From contig OZ250183.1 of NCBI GenBank assembly GCA_965238225.1, positions 1,088,001 to 1,152,000 on the forward strand: 64,000 nt of DNA, read 5' to 3'. Under the pieces are notes generated by a model. The model saw only the letters and a program-made list of their open reading frames with translations, made no database searches and was not told the DNA's origin. Each line of letters starts with the position of its first letter. The first letter of the stretch is position 1. The position numbers and the translations under genes were made by a program. Below are positions 36,259 through 47,361 of this stretch, piece by piece. The stretch is from Gammaproteobacteria bacterium. Its GTDB lineage: Bacteria; Pseudomonadota; Gammaproteobacteria; Eutrophobiales; Eutrophobiaceae.

Positions 36259-36283
36259 AATAATGAGAATTACTATCATTCTC
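36259..36283. promoter_or_regulatory. Fur box (two overlapping sites) upstream of feoAB
   Basis: AATAATGAGAATTACTATC matches GATAATGATAATCATTATC at 15/19; the overlapping GAGAATTACTATCATTCTC matches at 14/19. Confidence 0.8.
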
Positions 36284-36423
36284 GCATAGAACTAGAAACA
36301 GGTCAACAACCACCAGAGTAAAAGAAATATATTAATAATATATTTTAAAAAATATTTTTATATGCTTGATTTTATTATATATTTATTAGTTATAAGCTAT
36401 GCAAACCTAGTGAATATTGCAAG

Positions 36424-37497
36424 CTATTGAATATTTAAACCCAATGGATCAGAAGGTTCTACGGATTCCTTAAAAGGTTTGTGACGTCCAATATCTGTTA
36501 ATTGATAGACCTTGCCTATCCAACTATTAATGACCGTTTCTGCACTGTCATGCCACGTGTTATCGAGCAAAGGCGCGATTAAATCTTCAGGAAAAGTTGG
36601 CGATTCCTGCTTATTTATTTGCGCATGAATGACCTTCTCGGCATATTCTTCAAGAATGGCGCGTGATTGCAATGAAAAATAATTTTCAGGCATTGACGGA
36701 TAATCATCTGTTTTAGATTGAATATATTTGCCTACTTCGCGTTTATATTCTTTTAATAAACTAATTGAATCATACTCAGGATGACCCTGGAAAAATACAA
36801 ATCGAAAGCCATCTTCACTAACAGCTATATGCACATCAGATTCTGTACTCTCAACCAATATCTTTAATTTGGCTTCTTCAAACTGATCTTTCCGTATTTC
36901 ATTAAATCTTGAGTGCGGCACATCAAAACGTGTATTCACCCCTGTAACCAAAGGGTGTTTTTTATTAGTCACTCGATGTGGATACACGCCCCATTTTTTT
37001 TCAGGTAAAAGACTCCGTTTTTGCCCATAACGAAATTGCAAAACAGTATGTGTTGCTAAACATGAGCATAAAGTCGAAGTAACATTTTCATAAGCCCAAT
37101 CAACAATTTTATTGAGCGGCTTCCAGAAGCATTGCTCAGATAATTCTGAGCCAGTAACATTGGCGCCTGTAATGATTAAGGCATCAAGCCCATCATTTTT
37201 AATTTGCTCAAAACTTTTATAATATTTATCTACACGCGCTTGCCCTTCTGAACTACGAACAAGCTCTTTTATCGTAAATGGATGTACATAAAACTGTGCA
37301 ATTTGATTGCTTTCACCTACCAATCTAAAAAATTGCCGTTCGGTCGCGGCCAAAGCTTTATCAGGCATCATATTCAAAAGGCCAATATGAAGCTCACGTA
37401 TATCTTGACGTTCTGCTTGCTTACGCGAAATCACAGTCCCGTCTTCTTGTCGAAGCTGATCAAAACTGGGCAATGTTGTATTGGCTACCAAAGGCAT
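36424..37497 (-). CDS. metA: Homoserine O-acyl(succinyl)transferase
   Basis: QDIRELHIGLLNMMPD, DALIITGAN, CSCLA, PHSR and GHPEYD motifs. Confidence 0.93.
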   Translation of the reverse strand: MPLVANTTLPSFDQLRQEDGTVISRKQAERQDIRELHIGLLNMMPDKALAATERQFFRLVGESNQIAQFYVHPFTIKELVRSSEGQARVDKYYKSFEQIKNDGLDALIITGANVTGSELSEQCFWKPLNKIVDWAYENVTSTLCSCLATHTVLQFRYGQKRSLLPEKKWGVYPHRVTNKKHPLVTGVNTRFDVPHSRFNEIRKDQFEEAKLKILVESTESDVHIAVSEDGFRFVFFQGHPEYDSISLLKEYKREVGKYIQSKTDDYPSMPENYFSLQSRAILEEYAEKVIHAQINKQESPTFPEDLIAPLLDNTWHDSAETVINSWIGKVYQLTDIGRHKPFKESVEPSDPLGLNIQ

Positions 37498-37530
37498 CTT
37501 TAAATCCCTCAAAAAAATTTTATTATTTTA

Positions 37531-38367
37531 TTATTTAAGAATATTGCTAATAAGCTTTAAAAAATCACCTTCATTTTGTACCGCAGAAATTTCTTCAGTC
37601 GTAATGGTATAACCATATTGATTTGCAATTGCTTCATATCTTGGTACACGCGAATAAAATAATCGCGGAAATACCCATCGAACAAAATCATCTGGCTTTA
37701 TCAGTGCCACATATTCAAGATTTTTTTCCAACATATAAGCTGCCAATTGCTCATCCAAAAAAACTTCCCTATAATAAAGCGGTTTCGGTGAATTTTCAGC
37801 ACGTTTTATTAATTCTTGTTCATCATTTTTTGATGCCTTTATGTACAAAATTAGCGTGTTATCTGCTAATGCGCTAAGTGCTTCTGCATTATCAAGCTCA
37901 CAAAGACTGCCGCCAGCGTCATTAATAAAATGATCATAACCATAAACACAATGTGCTTTATGTATAAATTCTGGCACATCTTTCATAGCAGAAATCTCTG
38001 CGTGGTTATATAACTCCTGCCGATATTTAAATTCAGAGAGATTAACCCCTTCATCTTCAGGATTTCCTAATTTACCCAAAAAAGTTGAGACAGGATTGAG
38101 ATTATCCACAGTAATATTATTACGAAGATGTAAGGAGTCTGCGCGCATGAGATCTTTTAATAAAGGAATATGCATTAGTTTTTGTTTAATATTATCTAAA
38201 ATAGGCTCATTCAGATAACGTGTCCCAATACGATAATCACCTGAATAATGAAACCAGTGATGCTGACGTAACATACAGGCGAGACGCGTCTTCCCCACTC
38301 CAGACATACCGAGTAAGGTAACAGCTTTCTTATTCCACGCTTTAAATTCCTGACTATTTAGTTTCAC
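37531..38367 (-). CDS. Uncharacterised P-loop ATPase/kinase-like protein
   Basis: LLGMSGVGKT Walker A, DYRIGTRY and DAGGSLCE; immediately upstream of metA. Confidence 0.75.
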   Translation of the reverse strand: MKLNSQEFKAWNKKAVTLLGMSGVGKTRLACMLRQHHWFHYSGDYRIGTRYLNEPILDNIKQKLMHIPLLKDLMRADSLHLRNNITVDNLNPVSTFLGKLGNPEDEGVNLSEFKYRQELYNHAEISAMKDVPEFIHKAHCVYGYDHFINDAGGSLCELDNAEALSALADNTLILYIKASKNDEQELIKRAENSPKPLYYREVFLDEQLAAYMLEKNLEYVALIKPDDFVRWVFPRLFYSRVPRYEAIANQYGYTITTEEISAVQNEGDFLKLISNILK

Positions 38368-38461
38368 TGAAATATATCCATTAAATAAATTTCTTGTAGA
38401 TGCTACCTTAATATGGAGGATCGCATAAAGCAGAAAACAGCGTTAGTTTCCAAGCGCAAAT

Positions 38462-39082
38462 TTAGCTCCTGCTATCAATAATATCTACGCCCTGTGGTAA
38501 TTCAAAATTAAACATACTGTCATCTATTTTTTTATTAATAACCTCATCCGTAAAATCGATGCGTGTCACCTGACCAAGGTGATCAAATATCACCATCATG
38601 CCTAATTTATCTTCATCAAAACCAAGTCGAATACTCTTATATTGACTGTCTATATTTTTTGGCGTTAGCTCTACCCAATTAAATTGCTCAATATTCCCCA
38701 TATCAATAATAATAAAATGCTCATAAATATCTTTATAACTTCTAAAAATAGCAGCAGGTGTATTTTTTATAGATGATGAAACATCTTGAATAGTTACCTG
38801 TTCAATATCTTCATCATAAAACCATAATAATTTTCCGTTAGTGACAATCGTCTGTATGTAGGGGTGTTGATAATCCCAGCGAAACTTATCTGGCCGACTG
38901 AAAAATACTACGCCAGTAGAGCTTTCCAACTCTATGCCTTGATCATCTATCAAGGTTTGCTTGAACTTTGCTTCCAGTTTCTGTGTATTTTTTAAAAAAT
39001 GGTTAAGATAATTTCCATTACTACTTTCCGCATAGCTTGTTGATACAAATAACATCAATACAAATAGTGTCATTATTTTCAT
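38462..39082 (-). CDS. lolA: Outer-membrane lipoprotein chaperone
   Basis: Signal peptide, RPDKFRWDY and WFYDEDIEQVT; follows ftsK. Confidence 0.93.
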   Translation of the reverse strand: MKIMTLFVLMLFVSTSYAESSNGNYLNHFLKNTQKLEAKFKQTLIDDQGIELESSTGVVFFSRPDKFRWDYQHPYIQTIVTNGKLLWFYDEDIEQVTIQDVSSSIKNTPAAIFRSYKDIYEHFIIIDMGNIEQFNWVELTPKNIDSQYKSIRLGFDEDKLGMMVIFDHLGQVTRIDFTDEVINKKIDDSMFNFELPQGVDIIDSRS

Positions 39083-39103
39083 AGTAACGTTTAATTGATT
39101 ATA

Positions 39104-41416
39104 TTAATCAATCGACGGTGGTGCAGATGCCAATACTTCACGGCTTCCGTTAGAATTCATATGGCTCACCAAACCACTGCGTTCCATTGCTTCAATAATC
39201 CTTGCTGCGCGGTTGTATCCTACTCTCAAACGTCTTTGCACATAAGAGATAGAAGCCTTTCTGCTTTCAGTAATAATTTGCACGGCTTCGTCGTAGAGTG
39301 GATCTATTTCACCTGAAGCTGCATCAATTCCTGCGACAGGTTGCACTCCACCTTCTTCAGGGGGGTTGAGAACATCATCGTTATAGGAAGGCTCGCCTCT
39401 TGATTTTATATTCTGAACAACAGCATGTACTTCATGATCATCGACAAAGGCGCCATGTATTCTTTCCGGAATACTGGTACCTGCCGGAAGATAAAGCATA
39501 TCCCCATGCCCCAACAGTGTTTCTGCGCCCATTTGATCAAGAATGGTTCTTGAATCAACTTTTGATGAAACCTGAAAAGCGATACGGCTTGGAATATTTG
39601 CCTTAATCAAACCCGTTATTACATCAACCGACGGTCTTTGCGTTGCCAAAATCAAATGTATTCCTGCGGCTCTGGCCTTTTGCGCTAATCTTGCGATGAG
39701 TTCTTCAACTTTTTTACCTGTAGTCATGAGCATGTCCGCAAGCTCATCAACGATTACGACAATAAGAGGCAGGTTCTCTAAATAATGCACGGGATCATCT
39801 TCATTAACTGGTCGGTATGATGTATCTGGGATAGGCTCCTTGCGCTTATTTGCCTCCTCAATTTTACGATTGTAGCCAGCGATATTGCGCACACCTAATG
39901 AAGCCATTAATTTATAACGACGTTCCATTTCAGCAACACACCAACGTAAGGCATTTGATGCTTCTTTCATGTCTGTTACAACAGGTGCTAATAAATGAGG
40001 GATACCTTCATAGACAGAAAGTTCAAGCATCTTTGGATCGATCATGATCAAACGAATGTCTTTTGGTGTAGATTTATAAAGCAAGCTCAAAATCATCGCA
40101 TTCAAAGCAACAGATTTGCCAGAGCCTGTGGTACCAGCCACTAATAGATGTGGCATCTTAGCCATGTCTGCAACAACGGGTTGGCCGCTAATGTTTTTAC
40201 CAAGGCCAATCGTTAAGCTAGATTTCATTGCATCGTATTCTTTTGATTTGAAGATATCGCTGAGCGCAACCAATTCCCGATATTCATTCGGAATTTCCAC
40301 GCCTATAACAGATTTTCCAGGGATAACATCCACCACACGAACACTAACCACAGACAAAGAACGCGCTATATCCTTGGCTAGATTGATTATCTGATTACCT
40401 TTAATGCCAGGCGCAGGCTGTATTTCAAAACGTGTAATCACAGGTCCAGGCAAAACTTCTACGACTTGTGCTTCAATACCAAAGTCTTTTAGTTTAAGTT
40501 CTAGCTGTCGTGAAACAGCTTCAAGTGATTCACGAGAGTATTGTCCTTTAGGTTCTGGGGCTATATCAAGCAACTCCAGCGGTGGTAATGCAGTATCATC
40601 AGAAAGCTCAAATAAATTAACCTGTTTTTCTGTTTGCTCCCTGCTGCTTACCTCAAACTCGGAAATAATTGGTTCGATCTTGACTGGTGATCTACCTTCA
40701 CTTCTTTCTTTTTCAATCTCTAAAACAGCATCTCTTTCACGTTTGGCCTGTTTGCCTAGTTCGTGATCCTGTCTAAGCTCACGCTGACCTGAGATAAAAT
40801 CCAGTACCTTAAAAGTATAATGACCTGTAATATCCATGACCCACAACCATGAAAAATCCGTAAATAGTGTCACACCAACAAGAGACATTGTCAGCAGTAC
40901 AAGCGTGCTGCCTGTGTGTCCAAAATTTGAGGCAAGCAAAGTTCCAAACGAATCGCCAAGAATCCCGCCGCCAGCACCTTCAATTGCCAAAGGCAAGCCA
41001 TCGCCAACACGAAAATGCAAGCAAGCCAAGCCGCAGGTTCCAATGAGTGCTAATATAAATCCCACAACACGAATGGCATAGTGTTCATAATTTACATGCT
41101 TTTCATTTTGAATCGATCTAAAGATTCGCCATCCACTATAGGCCAAAATAAATGGAAAGGTATAGGCAAGATAGCCAAACAAATGTAATAGGAAATCAGC
41201 TACCCGTGCACCGATAATGCCAGTGTTATTCTGAATAATATCTACAGGGGGAGTGGAATGTGACCAGCCAGGGTCTTCTGGGGAGAAGCTAGAAAGCGCT
41301 ATAAATAATAATATAGAAACAGTAGCGATACATATGATACTGACCTCCCTAATATTTTTCAATATTTGGCTACTTAAGGGATTTCCTAGATTTTTTTTAC
41401 GTTTAGCTTGCATCAT
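39104..41416 (-). CDS. ftsK: DNA translocase FtsK
   Basis: N-terminal TM domain, [15 protein letters not shown] and gamma-domain VGYNRAARI. Confidence 0.97.
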   Translation of the reverse strand: MMQAKRKKNLGNPLSSQILKNIREVSIICIATVSILLFIALSSFSPEDPGWSHSTPPVDIIQNNTGIIGARVADFLLHLFGYLAYTFPFILAYSGWRIFRSIQNEKHVNYEHYAIRVVGFILALIGTCGLACLHFRVGDGLPLAIEGAGGGILGDSFGTLLASNFGHTGSTLVLLTMSLVGVTLFTDFSWLWVMDITGHYTFKVLDFISGQRELRQDHELGKQAKRERDAVLEIEKERSEGRSPVKIEPIISEFEVSSREQTEKQVNLFELSDDTALPPLELLDIAPEPKGQYSRESLEAVSRQLELKLKDFGIEAQVVEVLPGPVITRFEIQPAPGIKGNQIINLAKDIARSLSVVSVRVVDVIPGKSVIGVEIPNEYRELVALSDIFKSKEYDAMKSSLTIGLGKNISGQPVVADMAKMPHLLVAGTTGSGKSVALNAMILSLLYKSTPKDIRLIMIDPKMLELSVYEGIPHLLAPVVTDMKEASNALRWCVAEMERRYKLMASLGVRNIAGYNRKIEEANKRKEPIPDTSYRPVNEDDPVHYLENLPLIVVIVDELADMLMTTGKKVEELIARLAQKARAAGIHLILATQRPSVDVITGLIKANIPSRIAFQVSSKVDSRTILDQMGAETLLGHGDMLYLPAGTSIPERIHGAFVDDHEVHAVVQNIKSRGEPSYNDDVLNPPEEGGVQPVAGIDAASGEIDPLYDEAVQIITESRKASISYVQRRLRVGYNRAARIIEAMERSGLVSHMNSNGSREVLASAPPSID

Positions 41417-41614
41417 GAATTATTGCTTGTAATAAGATTAAACTTAATTAATTAAAAAATGCCCTATTATCATGTTTAATAAGAATTATTTCTATATTAA
41501 AACTCATTTTTCCTTAACTTCAAAAAGCCTATGTTAAGTATTTTGCCAGCCGCTATGGATTAACGTAACATGAGCACCCCTTTGTCTATCCTCTAATTTC
41601 CTAGTTCAGAATGA

Positions 41615-42571
<957 letters not shown>

Positions 42572-42734
42572 TTTTAAAAATATCACAAAATAATTGACAC
42601 AAAAGAAATCTAAATAACCATCAGATAGATCGAGCGCATGATGAAAACTGTGTTAATGACAAACATTGATCCTCCGCAAGTACTAATCTGCATTTCATGG
42701 TATATTGGGATGTCTACCAATAAAGAAGGGAATA

Positions 42735-43046
42735 ATGAAAATGCAGAATTCAATATCAGAAATTTTGAATAAAATCCCCAAAGAGAGAGTATTTGATAGT
42801 CACTATGTTATTTCTCAATTGATAAAATACCATTCTGATGTCTACCTCACCTTTGCGAGTGGCATAGAGGCGAGATCTAGGAAAACCCCTCTTGTCCATG
42901 GACACATTGGAAAAGAAATAGCCAAATTTGAAAAAGAAATAGCCAAATTTGTTGTATCAGGTAAAATTTCACGAATTACCAATAAGTCTCGGTCAGAAAA
43001 TATTCATGGCAATTCAAGCCCATGTACGGCATGGGAAAAGTTATAA
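42735..43046 (+). CDS. Hypothetical protein, probable integron gene cassette 1
   Basis: ORF with an RBS whose stop lies 7 bp before an attC-like site. It contains a 21-bp internal duplication. Confidence 0.65.
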   Translation: MKMQNSISEILNKIPKERVFDSHYVISQLIKYHSDVYLTFASGIEARSRKTPLVHGHIGKEIAKFEKEIAKFVVSGKISRITNKSRSENIHGNSSPCTAWEKL

Positions 43047-43053
43047 GGGAAAT

Positions 43054-43110
43054 TGCTAATAAATCATTCCACCTGACCGCTTACGCGTCGGCTGAATTCA
43101 AGCGTTAGGC
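43054..43110 (+). mobile_element. Integron attC-like recombination site 1 (57 bp)
   Basis: TGCTAAT-AAATC-ATTC[C]A...TGAAT-TCAAGC-GTTAGGC has the R''/L''/L'/R' layout, an extra-helical base and a GTTRRRY end. Confidence 0.8.
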
Positions 43111-43211
43111 GCGTAATTTCGACGCAATTATATTGCATTGTTTCAATTTATTGACAAACACCGTCATCGACAAATTACAGGTAACCGGATTTACTTAGAG
43201 GAAGGAAACGA

Positions 43212-43568
43212 ATAAAACAACTCATTTTAACACTGTGTTTACTGACCGGGTGTGCCCATACCCCGAACGACATTTTGACGAGAGGAAGCGTCACTGAAGG
43301 TGAAAGTAACCTTAGACCGGATTTACTGGCAAAATGTTTAATCAAGAATCACGAAGAGATTAGTGGCGAATCCTTTGCCGTGTTGAGTAGCTTCCCATCT
43401 AAGGGTGAACTGGAAGTTAATTTTCGTAATTCTGCCAGAGTGGTTGGTGTAGCTCGTATTCGTGCCGCTGAGAGCAGTTCAGAATATACTCTTTACTATC
43501 TCAATTGGCCAATGGTTCGTAGTTTACGCGACAGCACTTTGAAAGGTTGTATTAATGTTCAGCAATAA
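43212..43568 (+). CDS. Putative lipoprotein, probable cassette 2 (start codon reads ATA; possibly inactivated)
   Basis: GAGGAAGG RBS, then (I)KQLILTLCLLTG-C lipobox, in frame with ORF 43275-43568. Confidence 0.6.
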   Translation: MKQLILTLCLLTGCAHTPNDILTRGSVTEGESNLRPDLLAKCLIKNHEEISGESFAVLSSFPSKGELEVNFRNSARVVGVARIRAAESSSEYTLYYLNWPMVRSLRDSTLKGCINVQQ

Positions 43569-43607
43569 CAAAAATAAAGCAAGCCATGTCTTAGTTTGTC
43601 GCGCTGG

Positions 43608-43666
43608 GTCTAATAAAAAACTCAATGACCGCCGTCACGCTCCGGCTCATTAGTTTGGCGTTAGGT
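43608..43666 (+). mobile_element. Integron attC-like recombination site 2 (59 bp)
   Basis: GTCTAAT-AAAAA-ACT[C]AATGA-CCG...CGG-C-TCATTAGT-TTGGC-GTTAGGT. Confidence 0.75.
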
Positions 43667-43989
43667 GACTCAACCATCCCAACTTTTTGTTTTTTTATAA
43701 GAGGGCAACATCAGGGCTATCAAGCTGCTTGATCTTAGTGGCGCGCTTTTTATCACCTTATAATTTAAGTCTGATATGAAAGCAAATATCATTTTTTACT
43801 AATGAATAAGATTTCTTAAAATGGAATCAAACAGCGAAAAAAAGCCACTGTTTAAGGTAGAAAATTAACGCCGGCCTGAATATTTTGACAATCGGCATTA
43901 AACAACCTCGAATGTTTAGGCAAGTGCTGATATTATGTGGCGCGTTGGGATTGGCTAAATAAACAGTATAAACAAAAGTCTTGGGTACA

Positions 43990-44328
43990 ATGGCACATAA
44001 AACTATCTACAAGGTTACTTTTCAGAATCAAAGCAAAATCTACGAGATCTTTGCTCGCAGTGTCCATGCGGGTGAAATGTTTGGTTTTGTTGTGGTTGAA
44101 GAAATCGTATTTGGCGAAAGATCATCGGTCTTGGTCGACCCTTCAGAAGAAAACCTTAAATCAGAATTTAATGATGTCTCCCGTACCTATATCCCTATAC
44201 ATTCAATCATACGCATAGATGAGGTAAAAAAAGAAGGTGCTGCAAAAATAACGAAGTTACCAGAAAATAGCAGTAATGTGACTTTACTGCCCATATATAC
44301 TCCAAATAAAGACACTGGTAAGACCTGA
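43990..44328 (+). CDS. DUF1820-family protein
   Basis: IYKVTFQNQSKIYEIFAR, VDPSEENLKSEF and IIRIDEVKKEG. Confidence 0.8.
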   Translation: MAHKTIYKVTFQNQSKIYEIFARSVHAGEMFGFVVVEEIVFGERSSVLVDPSEENLKSEFNDVSRTYIPIHSIIRIDEVKKEGAAKITKLPENSSNVTLLPIYTPNKDTGKT

Positions 44329-44574
44329 TTTCAATATTTATCTGGAGCGTTTGCGGTATAAAAACATATAAAGATATTTTAACGCAAGACCAGATTTCTT
44401 CTAAACAAACTGACACAGTTCATCGTAATGTTATTTAAAACTTATACGCCCCAAATAAGCAGTCTTACTGACTTTTAGAATCTTTAAATATTGGCATTAG
44501 ATTAAGTAATAATATCAAATTTAGCATATATTGATATTTTTCTATTAAATATTTCTTGCTACATTATAGGTAAG

Positions 44575-45081
44575 ATGAGACGAAAGACAATTTATGTAAT
44601 ATTCCTCCTAAGCCTGTCGATGCAAAGTCAGGCTCAGTGGAATATCGTGTTACACACGGACATAGACTCCGATTATCAGGCACATATAGCCACTATTAAA
44701 AATGATGATGGCTATAAGCTGGAAGTATATAAATATACAAATGATGTCATCTATTTAAGATTTAATATTCGAGAGAGCTTTGAACTTCTTGATGACGAGC
44801 ATTGCCCTACTTTTCAGATTGATAAAGGGCGATTACATAACCGCTCTATTAATGATTCCTCCTGCTTTTTGCAGTCTCGTTCGGCTGAATATATCATAGG
44901 CTATATCACAGATAGCGAAGTATTATCACCAAGCCTATATAATCTTATAAATGGTAATAAAATTTATTACCGCTTCCTTATGGATAATGGGTATTATGCC
45001 GAAACATCATTTTCTTTATTTGGTTCAAGAGGTATGTTAAATAAAGCGCTAGGTAAAAATTTACTCATAACAGCAAATTAA
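44575..45081 (+). CDS. Hypothetical secreted protein
   Basis: 168-aa ORF with a signal peptide (SQA-Q); no family recognised. Confidence 0.7.
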   Translation: MRRKTIYVIFLLSLSMQSQAQWNIVLHTDIDSDYQAHIATIKNDDGYKLEVYKYTNDVIYLRFNIRESFELLDDEHCPTFQIDKGRLHNRSINDSSCFLQSRSAEYIIGYITDSEVLSPSLYNLINGNKIYYRFLMDNGYYAETSFSLFGSRGMLNKALGKNLLITAN

Positions 45082-45130
45082 AGGGTAAAAATCTGGAAAA
45101 ACATACTTCAGGCGAATGTGATCTATAGCA

Positions 45131-45859
45131 ATGATTACACAAAACAAACTCTACTGGATTTCCAAAAATATTCTCTCCGAAGAATTTCCAGATATCGCTT
45201 GCGCGCTCACTGAGCCCAATGGTTTACTGGCGATTGGTGGCGAATTAAATCCTAATCGTTTAATCGATGCTTACTGTCAAGGTATTTTCCCTTGGTACAT
45301 TGAAGGACAACCTGTCATGTGGTGGTCTCCTGATCCTAGGTGCATTTTATTTCCTGATGAATTCACAATATCCAGAAGCTTGAAAAAATCTTTACGTAAA
45401 GATAAATATATTATTACCTTTGATAAGGCTTTTGCAGAGGTTGTGAAATGTTGCGCAGAGCCAAGACTAAATGATTCAGGGACATGGATAACTACGTCAA
45501 TCATTAAAAATTATAATTTACTCTATGAAAATGGATATGCGCATTCTGTTGAATGTTGGTACAGAAAAAAATTGGTCGGCGGTCTTTACGGGATTGCAAT
45601 TGGCAAAATTTTTTTTGGTGAATCTATGTTTAGCCATATGACAGATACTTCAAAAATATGTTTGGCACATCTAGTTCATTTAATAAAGAAACTAGAATAT
45701 GATTTAATTGATTGTCAAATATATAATAATCATCTAAAAACTCTTGGAGCAAAAGTAATACCAAGGAATAATTTCTCCAATATTCTAGCTAAATCTTGCG
45801 GTGCAACTTGTAGTAAACCTAAACAAGGCTGGCCATCTATTTCTGACTATAAGTTATGA
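45131..45859 (+). CDS. aat: Leucyl/phenylalanyl-tRNA-protein transferase
   Basis: GLLAIGGEL, GIFPW, WWSPDPR and FFGESMFS motifs. Confidence 0.96.
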   Translation: MITQNKLYWISKNILSEEFPDIACALTEPNGLLAIGGELNPNRLIDAYCQGIFPWYIEGQPVMWWSPDPRCILFPDEFTISRSLKKSLRKDKYIITFDKAFAEVVKCCAEPRLNDSGTWITTSIIKNYNLLYENGYAHSVECWYRKKLVGGLYGIAIGKIFFGESMFSHMTDTSKICLAHLVHLIKKLEYDLIDCQIYNNHLKTLGAKVIPRNNFSNILAKSCGATCSKPKQGWPSISDYKL

Positions 45860-46596
45860 GCAATCTAAAACAAAATATTAATACACTAAAACTTGGCTTC
45901 TACATAACGCCAGAGCATAGATGTAATTATTTGCCTAAAGAAAATGCAAAGACAATATTTGCAGATCCAGATTTTCTAATGAATAAAAATATCTACACAT
46001 ATCTAATTAAGCTAGGTTTCCGTCGCAGTGGCAATCACATATATAAACCTCAATGTCAGCAATGTCATGCATGTATTGCTATTCGTTTACCCATTAATAG
46101 CTTTATCAAAAATCGAAATCAAAAACGTAACTGTACAAGAAATAATGATTTGGAAATAACTAGAGTGCCTGCAGTATTTGGCGATAAATATTTTAATCTT
46201 TACGAGCGATACCTCGCGGCAAGGCATCCTAAAGACGGCATGAATGATCCTAATCCTGAAAGTTTTATCAGTTTTCTAATAACCGATTGGATGACAACTA
46301 TTTTTTATGAATTTAGAAAGAAAGGTAAATTATTAGCTGTTGCTGTTATTGACGAATTAAATGATGGACTGTCGGCAGTTTATACATTCTTTGATCCAGA
46401 TGAATCACATCGAAGTTTGGGACGTTATGCCATCCTCACAGCAGTCGAAGCTGCACGAAATCAGGGGCTGCGCTGGCTCTATCTGGGATATTGGATAGCT
46501 CATTGCAGAAAAATGCAATATAAGGATGAATATCAGCCTCTTGAATATTTCTATCGGGAGAAATGGCATAATAAACCTCCGCAAAATGCGGTCTGA
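45856..46596 (+). CDS. bpt: Aspartate/glutamate leucyltransferase (bacterial ATE-like)
   Basis: CNYLP, GFRRSG, LSAVYTFFDP and YLGYWI..C.KM.YK motifs. Confidence 0.92.
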   Translation: MSNLKQNINTLKLGFYITPEHRCNYLPKENAKTIFADPDFLMNKNIYTYLIKLGFRRSGNHIYKPQCQQCHACIAIRLPINSFIKNRNQKRNCTRNNDLEITRVPAVFGDKYFNLYERYLAARHPKDGMNDPNPESFISFLITDWMTTIFYEFRKKGKLLAVAVIDELNDGLSAVYTFFDPDESHRSLGRYAILTAVEAARNQGLRWLYLGYWIAHCRKMQYKDEYQPLEYFYREKWHNKPPQNAV

Positions 46597-46661
46597 TTTT
46601 GCCAGGATGTCAGATTTCAGGCACAATGCGCTGTTTTTTCAAAATAGAGTAAAAAAAATAG

Positions 46662-46880
46662 ATGGCAAAAGAAGATGTAATTGAAATGGAAGGCACGATT
46701 ACCGACACCCTTCCGAATACAACATTTCGTGTTGAATTGGAAAATGGTCATACAATAATCGCACACATTTCCGGAAAAATGCGTAAACACTATATTCGTA
46801 TTCTAACAGGCGATAAGGTAACTGTAGAAATAACGCCTTACGATTCAAGCAAAGGGCGTATCATTTATAGAGAACGCTAG
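46662..46880 (+). CDS. infA: Translation initiation factor IF-1
   Basis: [11 protein letters not shown]...AHISGKMR. Confidence 0.98.
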   Translation: MAKEDVIEMEGTITDTLPNTTFRVELENGHTIIAHISGKMRKHYIRILTGDKVTVEITPYDSSKGRIIYRER

Positions 46881-46886
46881 GTGCTT

Positions 46887-47361
46887 TTAGTTATTTCTTT
46901 TTTCACACTACGTAATAAACCCAAACACCCCTTGCTCGATTAATCTATCAACCGTTGCAAAAATCTAGTCACCCCTTCGCCATAAGGCTCTGGAACTTCA
47001 GTAATTTTGGTGTCATCTGCATATTCAAGTAATAGTTTTAGCTTACGCTGGTTATATTTTTTACATCCAGATAGCATGTTGTTCAGATTGATTTCATCCA
47101 TCGTTATAATATGGTTATAATAATTATAATCTTCTTTTTTTACACAATGGGCGCGTAAGTCAGTGAGATCGATACCATGTGCTTGCGCTACCATTTGCGC
47201 AGAAAGATTAGGCGGACTTCCAGTGCTCCGCGAGTTTGTTCCAGCAGAATCAACTTCAATAATCTTATTGCGATTGTTCTTCTCGAATCAGAAACAAAAA
47301 TAGACTATGTGCCGTGGGCGAACGACAGATATTACCCATACAAACAAATAATATTTTTATA
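46887..47361 (-). pseudogene. Low-molecular-weight protein-tyrosine phosphatase, frameshifted
   Basis: IKILFVCMGNICRSPTA...EEQSQ*, then in another frame IEVDSAGT...; the DPY motif reads EPY. No clear start codon. Confidence 0.8.
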
